DNA of 64,000 nucleotides from Vitrella brassicaformis CCMP3155 (Eukaryota > Protista > Chromerida): NCBI GenBank assembly GCA_001179505.1, contig CDMY01000646.1:245117-309116 (forward strand), read 5' to 3'. Below, one piece after another: positions 1 to 14,075 of this stretch; positions within the stretch are counted from its first letter, which is position 1; each line of letters starts with the position of its first letter. Both the position numbers and the translations under genes were made by a program. The notes below the pieces were generated by a model. The model saw nothing but the letters and a program-made list of their open reading frames with translations. It was not told the origin of the DNA and did no database searches.

Positions 1-328
1 TTTACGCACGGCGCGTGTGCCGGACGTACGCACGCAGAGTCCGTCGTTGGTAGCTGGCGTGAGTGGATTGAGTGGATTGAGTGGGTGGCGTGATTGATTG
101 GGCGAATGGCCCCCCTTTGTATCTGCAAGGACAATGGATGGATGGATGGATGGACTGATCCATTTGACTGATTGATTCACCGCTGTCCGTATGTACACAA
201 ATGCAATTAAGAGACTCACAGCCACACAGAAGTAAGAAGGCCTTAAAAACGCTTACGCACATGTACAGTACACACCTAGTGTACACATTCATACGTCTAC
301 ATGTACGTACATGTATACGTTTACGTGT

Positions 329-3300
329 ATAACCTACTCACTGACGTACGTACGCAGACTGCGGCGTATACACCGATTGATGGATCACTCACTCACTCAC
401 TCACTCGGCTGCAAACAAACCTTTTCGGCGTCTCTCTTGTCGCGTCGCATCCGTCGCATTTTGCCATAAATGTCACTCATCGATAAATACATATGGACTC
501 ATCAAGACAGCACTCACTCACTCACTCACTCACCAAAAATGTATCTGACCTCGGAATAGGGCTGCCGACACCTGACACACATCGCACACACACACGGGGG
601 CTGCCCAGTGTGTGCCGGTTGCCAGCCATTGGATTGCATTGCGTACGTGTGTTCGGGGCAGAGTTTGTCTTCGGTCGGCATGGGGGCCATCCACTTCTCG
701 AAACACTCCTGACACACAACCTGACAGACACACACAGACGACACACAGACCTGCACGTACAAACTCGCTGCCATCTCTTCTTCGACTGACTTTATGTCCG
801 CAGGGCAGCAGGATGATGTCTGGCGGATTCTCGAGACACAGCTGGCACTTGCTCACACTCGACCCAACACCACCACCACCACTGCTGCTGGACGATGGCG
901 CAGCACAGGGGCCATTTGCCTGTGCCGAGCTGCTGCTGCCACTGACTGGTGGTGGTGGCGGTGGTGAGCCGTTGATACCATCCATGGAGAGAGAGGGGGG
1001 CATAGAGGGGGCGGCGGTGTGGGTGGGGACAGCTGCTGCTGTTGACGATGATGATGATGGCGATGTGCGGTTGGGCTGCTGCTGGTGGCGTAGTTGTATT
1101 TCTCTCTCGATAGCCGCCTGGTGGAGCTGAGTGAGTCGGTGCTGCTCAGAGGCGAGGTCATCCAGCAGCTGACGCACCGACGGCAGATCGAGAGACGACA
1201 CGTCACCCGCACTGACACGACTGCAACACACATCATGAGGGCGAGACGACGGGTGCACGGCTGCTGTCGGTGTGTGTGGTTGGTGACCTGTGTGGTGGTT
1301 GCGCCGATGACAGCTGTTGTTTGAGCGTGAGTATCTCCCGCCTCAGCGGCGCCTCCGCCTCGCGCAGCCGACGCAACTCGACGTCTTTCTCCTGCTCTAC
1401 ACGCGCTGACCTGCACACACACATCAACACACACATGTCATCAGCAGCGTCTGACTCGTTGGTATTCTCTCCCTCCCTCTCTCTCTGGTTGGCCGGCTGA
1501 CCTGAGTCGTTCTTCCCTCAGCCGCTGCCTCAGTTGGTCCCTCTCGCGCGTCATGTTGGCCAGGGCCCTCTCGGCCTCCCCGCGCACCTCAGTCTCTCGC
1601 TGCTCGATGGCCATCCGGTGCTGCGCCGACAGCTCCAAAATGGCCGACCGGTGCTCGCCACGCAAAGCGTCCAGCTCCTCTCTGTGCTGCTTGGTGACGG
1701 TGTCGGTCTGTGTCTTGGCGGCCTTGTCGGCCTCCTGGCGCACCTGCTGGCTCACCCGACGCACACGGTCGTCAGCACTGCACACAGACAGACAGACAGA
1801 CAGACAGGGAGGGAGGGAGGGAGTGTCTGTGTGTGGTCCTTTAGGTGTGCGTCGGTGCTTACGTCTTTTGTGTCTGTTTGATTTGTTTGTCTTTGTCTTT
1901 GAGGATATCCTCGAGAGTGCTGCGCTGCGCGTCGGCCGCCTTTCTCTCCTTCTCAGCCATTTTCTTCGACGCAGCCGACTCACTGGTCAACCTACACACA
2001 CATGTTCCCACACACGAGGGCGTACGGATGGCAGTCAATCAACTGCTTCTCTCCCCCTCTCTCTGGTCACCTTTTGACATCGTCTTGGAGCCGTTTGATG
2101 GTCCCGTTGAGTCCATCCTTCTCCTTCGTGTGTCCGTCCTCGGCCGTCTTGAGTTTCTCGTGTGCGGCCGCCAGCTCCCTCTCTAGTCGGGCACACTTGT
2201 CTGTCAGTTTGTCGATCTCGGCCTGCGACTCATCGGGGTCGGGCTCGCCAGCAGTGGGAGTGGTCGACTCATCCCTGACAGACACACACACATAGGGTCA
2301 AGTGTGTGGCGTGGTTCGGATCGTTGTCGCTCAGCTCACTGTGTGTGTGCGATCGCCTTGGCTCTTGTGGGCGTGTCCGTGCGTGTGGCGGCATCGGGAG
2401 GCGATACTGATACCGCCGAGCTGCAGGTGATGTCCACAGTGTTTAGAGAATGCAACTTGTGTGCGATCGCCTCTCGTATGACCTTACCTACGACAGCAGC
2501 ACGCGACATCATCATGACACTTGATCGATGCCTTTTCCTTCCCCTCCGGCTCACCTGTCGGTGTCGTGAGGGCCCCTAGTAGTGGCGGCCCCGAGTTCCT
2601 TCTGCATGAGCTGCTGGCCTTTGCTGAGCTCACTGACGAATGCCGTGTGCCACTGGGGCAGCCACTCGCCACGCACATGCCGCAGCGGACCCAACGCAAA
2701 CACCGCCGACGGATCGCTGCACACACACAGAGAGCATGACACTCGTATCACCCACTGGTTGAGATGCCCAGTGCCCATTCCCTCTGTTGGTCACCTTTGC
2801 AGTGCTGTGCGGTGGTCCATGAAGAACTTCTTGACGGCCCGCAGGAAAGTCTCCCGCGCCTGGGCCCCATCGCACTCACTCGACTCGACACAGCCGAGAC
2901 CACCGCTTTCCCCCTGCCCTCTGTTGTGCTGCAGGAATGCCCTCACGATCGCCAGGGTCTCACTCGAGGGCTGTTTGTCGCCCTCTGTGCCCGATGTGAC
3001 GGTGGCGATGTCGGGGAAGGCCTCATGGATGGACTCGACCGTGACGGTTCGTGTGGTGCTCGGCGGGGTGGATGGCTGGGTGGCCTTCGGCTTGGGCTTG
3101 GGAGTGGTGGGTGCCGGCTTGGGCTTGGGTTTGGTCTTGTCCTTGTCGGTGAAGATGCCGCGGAAGATGCTGCTGGTGGCCGGCGAGTTGCGGGAGGGAG
3201 TGCTGCTGCTCGATACACTCTTCGGTTGGGGCGAGGGGACAGTCTGCGTGTCGGAAGGGAGCGACAGGAGGCTTGAGAATGTGGCCAGCACATCCACAGG

Positions 3301-6300
3301 GGTACGATCAGGCCTGTTCACACACACATATGGACAAAAACACTTGACCCTGGTTGCGCGTCACTCACCTGGTCGGATACGCCGACTCGACGCGATCCAG
3401 CGCGCATGGTCCGCACATGAGCGACCCTGTGGCACTCTGCACACACAGGCCCGCCGGCGCCTCCCGAATGTACCGCCTCTGCTTTTCGATCATGTCATCG
3501 CCCATCAGGTCGTCATGGGTGAGCGTGTGCACCAGAGGAATGGTATCCACGAGCCCCTCTGAGCTGCCCGCACACGGCTTGCCGCACCGACAACAGGTCT
3601 GTGCCCGCGACTCCGCCCGCAAGACATACACCAGCCCCCCTGTGCTGCGCGATTCGGCCGATCCCGTCGCCAGCAGGGCCAACACGGCGGCAGGTGGCCA
3701 CTCTGTGAACGCCTTGGTGACGTACTCGTCCGCCAGGCGGATCTTCCTCATCTCGATAGCCGATGTCTCGGCATGACTCACGCATGCGACCCTCACCGCC
3801 GACTGGGCCCGGCTGGTCGTCAGCCGCTCCTTGTGCCGTACCGAGGGCGGCAGGCGCTGCATGACCTGGGCATCGAGGTAGAAGGCCATGGGGAAGACGG
3901 CCCCCTTGCTGACCTCCCGCTCGGCCAGATAATGGGTGTAGTAGTCATCCAGCGACTCGCACGCCAGCGGCTCAGCTGTGTCGGCCCACCAATGCACACC
4001 GACAGCATAAATGCGCTCGACCTTCGATTTGCATCTCAGGACAGATCGGGGGATATCGAAACTCAGCGGCAGAGTGGTGGTTATCTTGACGCCCTCCAGT
4101 CTGCTGATGCGCCCCTCCTGGTCGACGGCGAACCACTCGTTCGTCTCGAGGGCGGGGTTGGCCGCAGCGGGGTGACTCAGCAAGGGGTTGCGGTTGCTGA
4201 CTGAGTCGTCCTTGAAGGGTCCGAAGGCGAAGGCACGCAGCGGCGAGATTGTGCGGTCAGTTTCTGGAGCGCAGGCAATCCAGAGTCCTCCCACGTTGCC
4301 GTCGGCTTGCGGGTAGACCAGCCGCTCGAATGCCATCTTCTCGCCCACGTACACGATATCCTCCGGATAAGTACCGAGCACCGTCCTCTGCTCTTCCTCT
4401 GTCGGGCGGAGCAGGTAGGTGCCGTTGAGGCCGGTGTAGTCGCCGCTCACAGTGAAGCTGCCGTGCCGCCGACCGCCCGTGGGGGCCACGGTGCGGCACT
4501 GGTCGAAGTAACCGCGAAACGTCGCGTGCCACGCAGACTCCCCCTCTGTGCCGTCCTGCGTCGGCGACTTCGGGGGACCTTGGTCGAGACGGAAGAAAAA
4601 CAGCAGATCTAGAAGCGGGTCAGCGGCGACAGCGTCGAGAAGTGTCTGCAGATGAGTCTCCAGGTAAGTGTTGTCGGGTGGCCCTTGCTGCGTCAGGGCG
4701 GCCACCACCAGACGGGCAAAGTCATAGAAGTTGTCCCCTGCGGCGGGGAGGGGCGGGAGGGTGACGTCAGCTGTGTTCGAGGCGTCTTGCTCTTGCACGC
4801 GGCGGCGGATGTCTTGCATCGCCTTGACGAAAGCCACACCGTCGCCCTGACAGCACAGAGGCAGCCAGACAGCCAGAGAAGGAAAGACAGTCAGCCTAGC
4901 TCGCTGCACACACTCGTATGCGTCGTGTCAGTGCATGAAACGGACCTCCATCTCCACGGCAATGGCTTTAAGGACCAACACGATGGTGTTCCACAAGTAG
5001 CGCGAGCAGAGTGTCTGATGCTTCCCGTCGCCTGCGATCAGCCCGGCCTCCTTGTGCAGACTGGCAGCCGCCTCCTCCATGGGCCTGTTGCTGCCGGCCT
5101 TGGACAGGGCCTCAGACAGCTGATCGAGCTGCACACACTCCAACACCTAAACACACGCACACACGTACGTCCATGTGATCTGAGTGGAAGCCATCGCAGA
5201 TTTCACACACACGCCGACCTGGCGAACGACAATGCGTCTGAGTCTGAAGAGAGGCCCGAAGGCAGTGTCCGTGAGTTTCTGGGCGAGCCCCTCGAAGACC
5301 GCTCGCAGGTCCACACCGCACTCCCATGGACCCTCCCGTGCCAGCCGGTCCCCGACGTAGTGAGTGCTACCAAAGGCCGACCCGATGCTCACAGAGCCAC
5401 TGGCTCCCACAACTGCTGACGCGGCCTGGGGCGTCCCTGTGGAATCCTCGTTCATACCGACTGGGTCACCCCCTGCCGCTGGTGTCGATGCCTGACAACG
5501 AGTGGTCTCATCTTGGCCAGTATGTTGCGGGGGCATGCTTGGGGGCATGGCTGTCGATATGTCTTTGGCAGGGACCGGGCCGGCCTCTGATGCAGACGAC
5601 GCTGCGGGGCCGGTGTCTGCTTGGCCCGTGTCCGGCTGCTGCCGCTGTGTGGCGATGGGGTTGAGGGCGTGGCTGCAGATGCGCTGGCGGCTGAGATGCC
5701 CTGCTGGATGCCAGAGGCGGACATCGGGGACGCTGCGAACAGCATCGTCGCGGAAGACGTAGCAATGCCACTGAGGGTAGAGAACAGTGGAGATCTCCGC
5801 TGAGCGGGTTACGTGTGTTGGGGTGTTTTCTTGCCTCGTGTTTGGACGAGTAGTCAGACCCGTGGCATCACCTGCGCCACTAGCCTCGGCGCTCGACGCG
5901 TCATCGTCCCTACACGCATCAAGCAACACATTTATGAGTGAAAGACAGATCAGCAGACCAGTGAATGGCTGGCTGGCTGGCTCATCTCTTCGTACCCTTC
6001 AGCACGTCCGGCGGCTTGAGCCCCGGCACCGGGCAAGGGCTTTGCCATGCTCCGAATCTTCCCAGTACAGCACTTGCTACAGATTAGCCCGCTCGGTCCA
6101 AGATGCGTCCACACTCCCTCCGTACTCAGGTAGGCCAAGTCTTGCTCAGCGGTCTCGGCTGACAGCACATGCACCAGGGGCATATCGCCGGCTGGTCTGC
6201 CCACATCCGGCTGGGCACTACACCCACCCGTGCAGGTGGTACTGCTCGTGAGCTCTGACCGCACCACAGCAACCGGCCCGCCTTTGAACGGCTCACCGAC

Positions 6301-9110
6301 TAGCCCGCCATTACCCAGCAGCAGCGCCAATGCATTGAAGGGCCACTGAGTGAAGCGCCTCGACGCCCAATCGTCCGACAGACGCATCAAGCCCCAGCGA
6401 CGGACGTTTGCCTCCCCATCGCGCACCAGCAGGGGTCGCTTGCTGACGGGGACAGGCTGAGATGTCGGCAAGTCAGCGAAGAGGGGCTCAGGGTTGTGTG
6501 CGGTAGGCGGAAGGTTTTCCATGACCGTAGGGGACACGTAGTAAGCTACGGGCAGTGCGTCTGACCCTTCGGCGAGGGAGCCGACATAATCGCTGATGGC
6601 CGTGAAGCCCATGGGCGCAGAGGAACACGGAAACATAGCCCAAACGAGCTCGAGTGTTGTCGGGTCGAATCTTGAGCGGCAGTTGCAAAAGTCGAGTGGG
6701 AGGGCGGCGGTAATTTGGAAGGGACCGATTTTCACGAGCTGAGCTCTGTCGTCAACAGTGTACCACTGGTCCGTCTCGAAAGCGGGAGATGAAACAGCCG
6801 GGTGCGCTGCGACCGACGCCAATGGTATGTCGCTGCGTCCGGGACCGATAGCAAGCAGCCGAGGGGTCAACCTCGCCTCTGTTGCTGGCTCATAGGCCAC
6901 CCACACGCCTCTCGTGTGGTCCGCGGTCGTCGTCTCATCGGTCGGGCACAGCAGCCGCTCGAAGACCACCCTCTCGCCCACATAGGCGAGAGCACCATCC
7001 GGCGGCGCCACAAGCCTCGCCTGCTCCTCGGCTGTGGGGCGGATGACATAGCTGCCGTTGAGGACCGCGAGTGAGCCAGAGGCACCGCTCACGGTGAAGG
7101 ACCCAGCACGCTTGTGGCCCTCACCCTCTCCCAGTGCACAGTCAGCCGCCACATACTCGTCGACGGACATGTCCCACGTGTAGGAGCCTCTTGTGTCGAT
7201 CCGCCCCTTGTCGAGTCGGAAGAGCTCCAGCAGCCGCATAAGGCCGTCAGGAGGGAGCAAGCGGGCCTCGGATAATCGGTGGTGGGGCGACGGGGAGTGC
7301 TGTAGCACCAGCTGGACGGGGTCGATGGCCGGGGGGAAGATGGGCAGCCAGGTGGCGGTGGTGGATGATGGTCTCGTCGGCTGAGTCGATAGTTCGGTGG
7401 CCCACATCGACCTGATGGCCTGGGCGAAGGAGGAACAGCCACCCTGATCGACACGACAACATGGCAATGCACATGTGAAGTTTCGCTCTTTGCCGCCTCG
7501 CCCATCGCTCACCTCCAGCTGGTCGGCGATGTCCTCGATGAGGGTCACGAGAAACGTCCACATCTTGACCGACAGCACCCTCTGCAGATGCGCCTCAGAC
7601 GCCAGCTGCTCAGCCGCCGCACGCACGGCCCTCACACACACGTCGAGCTTCCCGTTCCTCCCCGCCTCCCGCAGTGTGGCAGGATCGATGGCTTCGTAGA
7701 CGCGATCACAGAGAGTCCACCTCAGCTGGTAAGATGGGATGAAGCCACAGGTGTCTGCCAGCACTGCGCGCACGCCGCTGAAGATGGCTTCGATGCTGAG
7801 GGGGCAAGTGGCATCAGATGACTTGAGGAGGCTGCTGGTGCGAGGCGCATCTGCAAGGAGGCCACCGAGAAGCGGGACATCCTTGTCAGGCTGCAACGAC
7901 TTGATCGCGGCGTCCGCGCGGGTCTCCACAGGTGGTTTGTCTGCCGCAATCGGTGGAGCTGCCTCATCAGCCTCACGACCATCCTGACTCGCATCAAGGG
8001 CAGCACCACGCTTCTTGGCCTGACGCACACACACACACACACGCAAGCAGACAAGCATACTGGCTCATGGCGGATGAGTGTTTGTGCCTTCTCGTGTGTG
8101 GGCGTACCTTTTTGGCCCTTTTTCTCTGTGCTTTCGATGTGGACTGCACTGCGGCCGTGTCCATCACACCGCTCTGCGCAGATGCCGATGAAGCGGCAGG
8201 GACGTCTTCGGCGCCTTCCATTCACACAGGCGGGACAAGCAGCAGAGCCGCCTCGCTCTCGGCTGCAACAGAGACCACAAGCAGCGCCTCGGAGGGTCAT
8301 GGTGTGATCTGTGACAGTAGCGGTGTGTGGCCTCACCTGCTGATGTTATTGTCGCAGGCAGTGCGACTTTTGAGTGAAGGGCCGCACGTGTGAAGCCACA
8401 CGTAAGGCGCAGATCCAAGTGAGTGGCCGAGTGATCTCCCCGCAGCTCGCAGTGCGAAATAGTGACCGCCGGCTTCTACAGCGGGGAAACCGTCCGATTC
8501 ATTGCAATGGATGGCTTCACTGATTGCAAATTGAATGATAGATTGCTTCACCCAAAAACTTCATATAATCTTCAATTCGTCTGCTTGTCTCCGAACCACC
8601 GCCTGCTGGCTGGTGTGCCATCCATCCATCCGTCGGCACCCACCACGCACGTCTGTGTGCTGCCTGCCCGCCTGGCTGCCTCTCTGCCTGGGTGTCACCA
8701 AGTGAGTGAGTGATTCAGAAAGAGTGAGTCGTGCTGCCTTAGCCATTCGGAGGCATCACCCACACACACACACACACGCACAGAGGACAAGAAAAGGGAA
8801 GACCAGCGAGGACAGGACGAGACAGACAAGGCAACACGAGAGGAAACAAGGTAGACATGCAGCAGGCAGCCGACCGACAGGTAGGCTGGAGGTCGTGCGC
8901 CGTGTGTGCTGAGTGCTGAGCTGAGCTGTGACGTACGTCATTCCTTCATTCATCCATCAGCCATGCATCACATCGATCCACCCATTCCATTGACTAGTGA
9001 ATCACTCCACATGCACCACGCAATGCAGCACACACACACACAAGACAGTCAGCAAGACAGTCAGTCGGACCAGGCAGCGCACAAACTTCATAGTTGGCAC
9101 AGCTGGCTGC
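329..9110 (-). repeat. Left arm of ~9 kb inverted segmental duplication
   Basis: Reverse complement matches 20915-30322 at both ends (ataacctac...cgcagactgcggcgtata near 329/30322; gcagccagctgtgcc near 9110/20915) and throughout exons, introns, upstream region and 3' region. Confidence 0.95.
526..8164 (-). CDS. Giant multi-exon protein (left copy): two tandem uncharacterised ~550-aa domains, Pro/Lys linker, coiled coil, C-terminal C3HC4 RING; probable E3 ubiquitin ligase
   Basis: Hand-spliced from ATG 8164 (MDTAAVQSTSKAQRKRAKK|AKKRGAA) through ORFs 5950-8058, 5147-5929, 4928-5146, 3365-4909, 2791-3327, 2551-2778, 2067-2291 and the coiled-coil exons. Ends in RING CQLCLENPPDIILLPCGHK|VVCQECFEKW...LCPE|CRQPYSEVRYIFGE*. 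GT-AG boundaries are shared with the right copy. Single-gene model is inferred; it could be two genes. Confidence 0.7.
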
Positions 9111-12100
9111 AGGCAGATGAATGAATGAGTCGATGAGCACACAGGCATCCAGGCAGGCAGGCAGGAGTTGCGCTGGAGTGGGTGGGCGATCCAAGTACAT
9201 CCATCCATCGCGGAGACAGACCATCCATCCATCCATCTATCCATCCCTATCGCCATCGTCAATTCTGCCTGGCAAGTATTAGAGTCAGTGGCAAGCAAAC
9301 AAGTCACAGCCCCGCCCCCGTTCGGATCCCGACCAGCATGGCACAAATACTAGTACGTACGTCCACGTGTGTAATCGATGATGCATTCATGCATTCAATG
9401 CATTGGATGGACCAGACCACTCTGCTCCACCCGTCCACTTAGTCCATGCCTCTGGCCTGTCCTGCCTGTCGTGCCTGCCTTTCTCCCGTGAAGGATCCCT
9501 CCCCTCCCTCCCTAGCTGGCCAGGCCTTTGGTGTGTATGTGTGTGAATGTGTCAGTCGATGTGGTGTCAGTCAGTATGTATGTGTGTCGTGTGCATGTGA
9601 TGTGTCCTGTGTGTGTGTACATGCAGAAAGGACCCACCCACGGAGCAGCGGTGGGGGAGGCAGGGACACAAGAGGGAGGGAGGGAAATTAAGGGCTCAGT
9701 CATGTCATGCGAGGAAAATTACACAGAGGCATGCAGGCGGGCAGGCAGGCGGGCACTTCATTCAATCCATCCATCCATCCGTCCAGATCCATTGCGTCGA
9801 TCTCGCAAAATGATCCATCATCCATCCATCACGGTGACTAAAAATACCCAGCTAGCTGCGTGACTGACTGTATGTAAGGGATGGAGTGAGAGAGAGGCAT
9901 CCAATCAACCGCTCACTCGCGCATTCCTCTGCTCCTTCTCTCTCCTACCGACCTTTCTTCTTCCTTGTTCCTTCTTCCTCCATCAAATGCATTCGTTCAT
10001 AAGCCGCTGGAGATAGATGGCCCCTCTCTCTTTCAAATGCGTCCACAGACAGACAGACAGACAGGCAGACAGACAGGCAGACAGACAGGCAGACCACACA
10101 CCATTTGTTGGTTGTTAAATAGCACCCACATTCACATTCACATTCACCTTCACAGTCACACGGGCACAACAGGCATCCAGGAAGTCATTCAGGCAGGCAG
10201 GCAGGGACGTGAAAGCAGCTGAGCCATCTACCCAGCACCAATCATACGTACAGGCTTGCACGGAGGTACGTGTACATGTCGATCGACCATTGAATGAAGA
10301 ATGAATGAATCGTGAATGTCTCCCATCGATGGCTAAGCGTCAGTAGACAGAGAGAGCATCGAGTGAGAAAGGTAAGCGCTATCTCTACCTAGGTATAGCA
10401 GCTTTGCTAATTGGCTGGAGGGAGGCGGCAGGGCATCCATCGTGTGAACCATGGCCGGTGAATCGACGCACTCACGCACACAACCACGCATCAACCACTG
10501 AATGAATGAATGCTGCAGGCACTGAGGGTGCGCCGTTTCAAAAACAAAAGAGGGAGAGAAAAACGCTGAACCCTTGCTTCCTTCATGCATTCCCATCGCC
10601 GTCCATCGCCAGTCGATCGACCCCTTCATCGTGTGCCATTGCCATCCAGCACACATGGACAGGACACCCTCCCACCCACCCGAGACCACCCGACACACCT
10701 CACTGACTGACACAGTACACACACTGATCTCGATGAAAGGAAAATGAATCAACAGCGTCTATGTCTTTGGTCTTTCTCCCTTTCTCTCTGTCTTTCTGTT
10801 TTTCTGTTTTCTCGAATTCGCTCGCTCGTTCGTCCACATGAATGCGATGCGACACAGAGACAGACAGACAGACAGATGATAAGACAGCCCCAGCACCCAC
10901 CCCTTACATAGAAGAGAGTATCCATCCAGGCATCCATCCATCCAGGCATCCAGGCATCCAGGCAGACAGACAGACATGCAGCACACGAACAACAGAAAGG
11001 CGACGACCGAGCGAGCGTTAGGTTATGGTAAAAAACACTTGTTCTACAGCTGACGGACTTCTGACTTCTGTGAGGGAGCGGCGCAAACAGAAAGAGAACC
11101 AAGGCAACGCTGCGCGCTGACCTCGGCCGACTCCCCCACTCCCTCCCTCCCTCCCTCCCTCCCATCCCCCCTTCCCCCCTGTGTGAGTGTGTGTTCCCTC
11201 ATGTGCGTCTCACCACAGTTTGAGTGGGATTCAACGCACACTGAGAGAGAGACAATTACAGACAGACAGAGACGGGCAGACAGGTGAATCAACGAGCGAG
11301 CGAATTATGGCCTGACTGACTGACATGTGGTGGAAAGAAAAAGATCGGATCAACACGGCAAGCCGGCAACGGGATGAGTAGACAAGGGGAGGGGGGTAAA
11401 ATTACGCATCGACCGTGTGTGGCGCATGGCATGCAGCAGCAGCATTTGTCGACCGAAGAAACGAGTGTTGCGGACATTTGCTAGGTGGTGTGTGTGTGCT
11501 TCCCGAATTAGGCAGCCAGCTGTGTGTGTGTGGGTATAGGAACAGGTGAACAATGGCAGCCATCCAGCCATCCAAACAGCGGGCAGCAAAGGCACTCAAT
11601 CTCTTCCCCCCTCCCCTCCGCCCCTCCCTCCCCCCCCTGTGTCCATGTGAGTGAGTGAACGAACGGATGCTTGTCTATACTACTACTACTACCAAACCCC
11701 CCGTCAGCCTACTGAAATACAGTTGACCCGCTGGTCGGTCTACGCATACGCATACAACGACGGACGGATAAAACCCACCCGGCCAGCCGTCACCCCACCC
11801 CCGCCCTCTCTATCTCTCCCCTCTCTTTCTCCCTCCCTCTCTCTCTCTCTCTCTCTCTCATTGCTCACTCTCGCGCATACGTCGGAGTGCAGTGCAGTGA
11901 ACAAACGACTGCTTTTGCCATTGATGGACCACGGAAAAACGCCCTGGCGGTATACCATACCTATCTATCTGCCCGTCTTCCTCTCTGTCGGTCTGTCTGT
12001 CTGGCCGCATGTGTGTTGGCTGGTAACACAAACACAGACACCCACACACACAGGTACGCATACAGATCGTATCGTGGGTGGCCCTCCCTCCCTCCCTCCC

Positions 12101-13830
12101 TCTCTGTGTCTGTGTCGATGTGGGTGTCCAGGTGGGTGTTCCCACAAGTGTGTCTGGGTAGGATGGGGTGGTGGGTGGTGTGAGGGGTGAGGGACGTGAC
12201 GAGGGCCAAAAAGTTGTCAAGCGAGTCACACGCGCACACGGATGCGGTGCAGGCATCCAGGCCACCTGATAACTCCCGCAAACAACGAGAGGCACGGCAC
12301 GCAGACAGAGAGGAAAGAGAGAAACCAACTTCGGCCGGGAGCTGAGCTGCATGCCATGCGCTGCGTGTCTGTGTATGTAAGGGTGCTGTGTGTGTGGGGG
12401 GGGGCGAAACAACGAAAAGCGAGTGACACTTCTCCCTCCATGCCGGTCGTCATTGTGGACATCATCAATTCGTGTATACGTGTCAGTCAGTCAGCCGGGC
12501 GGATACAGATCATCCCTTTCTCTCCCCTCCCCCCTCCCCCTCCACTCACCTCTCCCTCCCCCCCATGTGTAAAGTGGCTCTCATGGCAGGCAGGCGGGAT
12601 GGCGCGTGTGCAGGTCTGCACTGGCCAGCCGCCGACGCAGAGACAGGAGACCCCTGAGTGATGGCGTGTCGAGGAGTGTGCCCCATGGTAGATAGAAAGG
12701 CAGACGTACGTAGACGTACAGAGAACAAACAAGGCGGAGACCAAAACAGAGCCGGCCTCCCGCCCACCCATCCCTACTGCCCGACTCATCATGACACAGC
12801 TGACTGACTCCCTGACCGACTGACTGACTGATCGGGCGAGTGGGTTGGCGAGCAGACAGGCTTAAATACAGACAGAATCCAGCCATCGCATCCAGCCACA
12901 CACACAGAGATAGACACACACGGAGAGGAGACCGATAGATATCCAGAAAGACACCGAACCGAACGAACACACCTAGCTAGGCAGGCATACACAACACAAA
13001 GCCAGACAGCCACACGCACACAGAGACACACAGACGTCACGATTGCTTGAATGGGATAAATCCATCCATCCATCCATCGATGCAGTGTCATGCAGTCAGT
13101 GCTTGGTGTCTCCTTGGGTGTCTCCCATATTATTGAGACACCACCACCCAGCACACACCACCACCACCAACACCAGCAGCCAGGAAAAGGAGAGAAATAC
13201 ATCTCAGCTCACTCATTCATCCATTCATCCATCCAATTGCCTGAAGAGAGTTAGTTTGTTCCCGACTACCATTCATGATGTTTTGGAAAGCACTTAACAG
13301 AAGACTTAGACTTAGTGAGCTAGCCGGGAGGTGACAAAGCGAGCTGAGCGTTAGGGTAGAGAAATACATATGGATGTGTGTGGGTTTGTGTGTGGTTGTG
13401 GGTGGGTGTGTGTGTCTATGGAGAAAAACAAGACAAAGACAGACAGACAGACGCACATCGCATCACATACAGCCGTCCCTCCCTCCCTCATCTGTGTGTG
13501 TGTGTGTGTGTGTGTGTCTCGCTGGACATAGTACATATGCCTCCCCACCCCACCACACACACACACACCAGAGGCGCGCATTGCATTGTTCCGACTTCCA
13601 TCCATCCATCCATCCATGTTTCCTTCTAAGGGAGTCCAGTGTTGGTGAGTCAGTCAGTGAGTGAGTTGATTGTGCAGGCAGGCACATACGGACCATCATC
13701 TTCCTGCTTAATTGACATGCACACACAACCCCAGCCCGCCCCAGCCCAAATGCACCCACCCATCCATCCATCCATCCAACCAATTCTCCTTCCCCCCTCC
13801 CCCTCCCTCTCTCACTTTCTCACTAGGTGC
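9110..13830. repeat. Microsatellite-rich intergenic tract ((CA)n, (GACA)n, (CATC)n, (GGGA)n, (CT)n)
   Basis: Dense simple repeats; ORFs here translate only to repeat-derived peptides. Confidence 0.8.
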
Positions 13831-14075
13831 GCTGCCCAATCATTGTGACAGCCATGGTCCCAGCCCACCCCGTCCAGTCCACCAACATAACACCCAAGGG
13901 AAACATGCCCTTCTCTTCTCGTATCTTCTTCTCAGCCGATCACACATTCCATCCCCCTCCAATCTCTCGCCCTTCCTCCTCCTCCTCTCCCTCCCTCCCC
14001 ATCTGTGCCGTCCCCTCTTTCCAGGGACGCATCAACGCACCCACCCCAGCCGTCCAGCAAGCACCCGCTCATCCC

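Noticed and set aside
2582-5419. Long plus-strand ORFs opposite the giant gene (similar cases at 24597-25550, 31005-32225, 44131-45054, 54948-56285)
   Set aside because: Antisense shadows of GC3-rich coding sequence
13275-13348. Possible C/D box snoRNA (ATGATG...CTGA)
   Set aside because: Imperfect C box, no terminal stem, no rRNA-complementary guide identified
9110-13830. Dozens of 60-180 aa ORFs in the spacer
   Set aside because: Translations are repeat-derived (CVCV, THTH, SIHP, DRQT) with no motif or coherent exon chain
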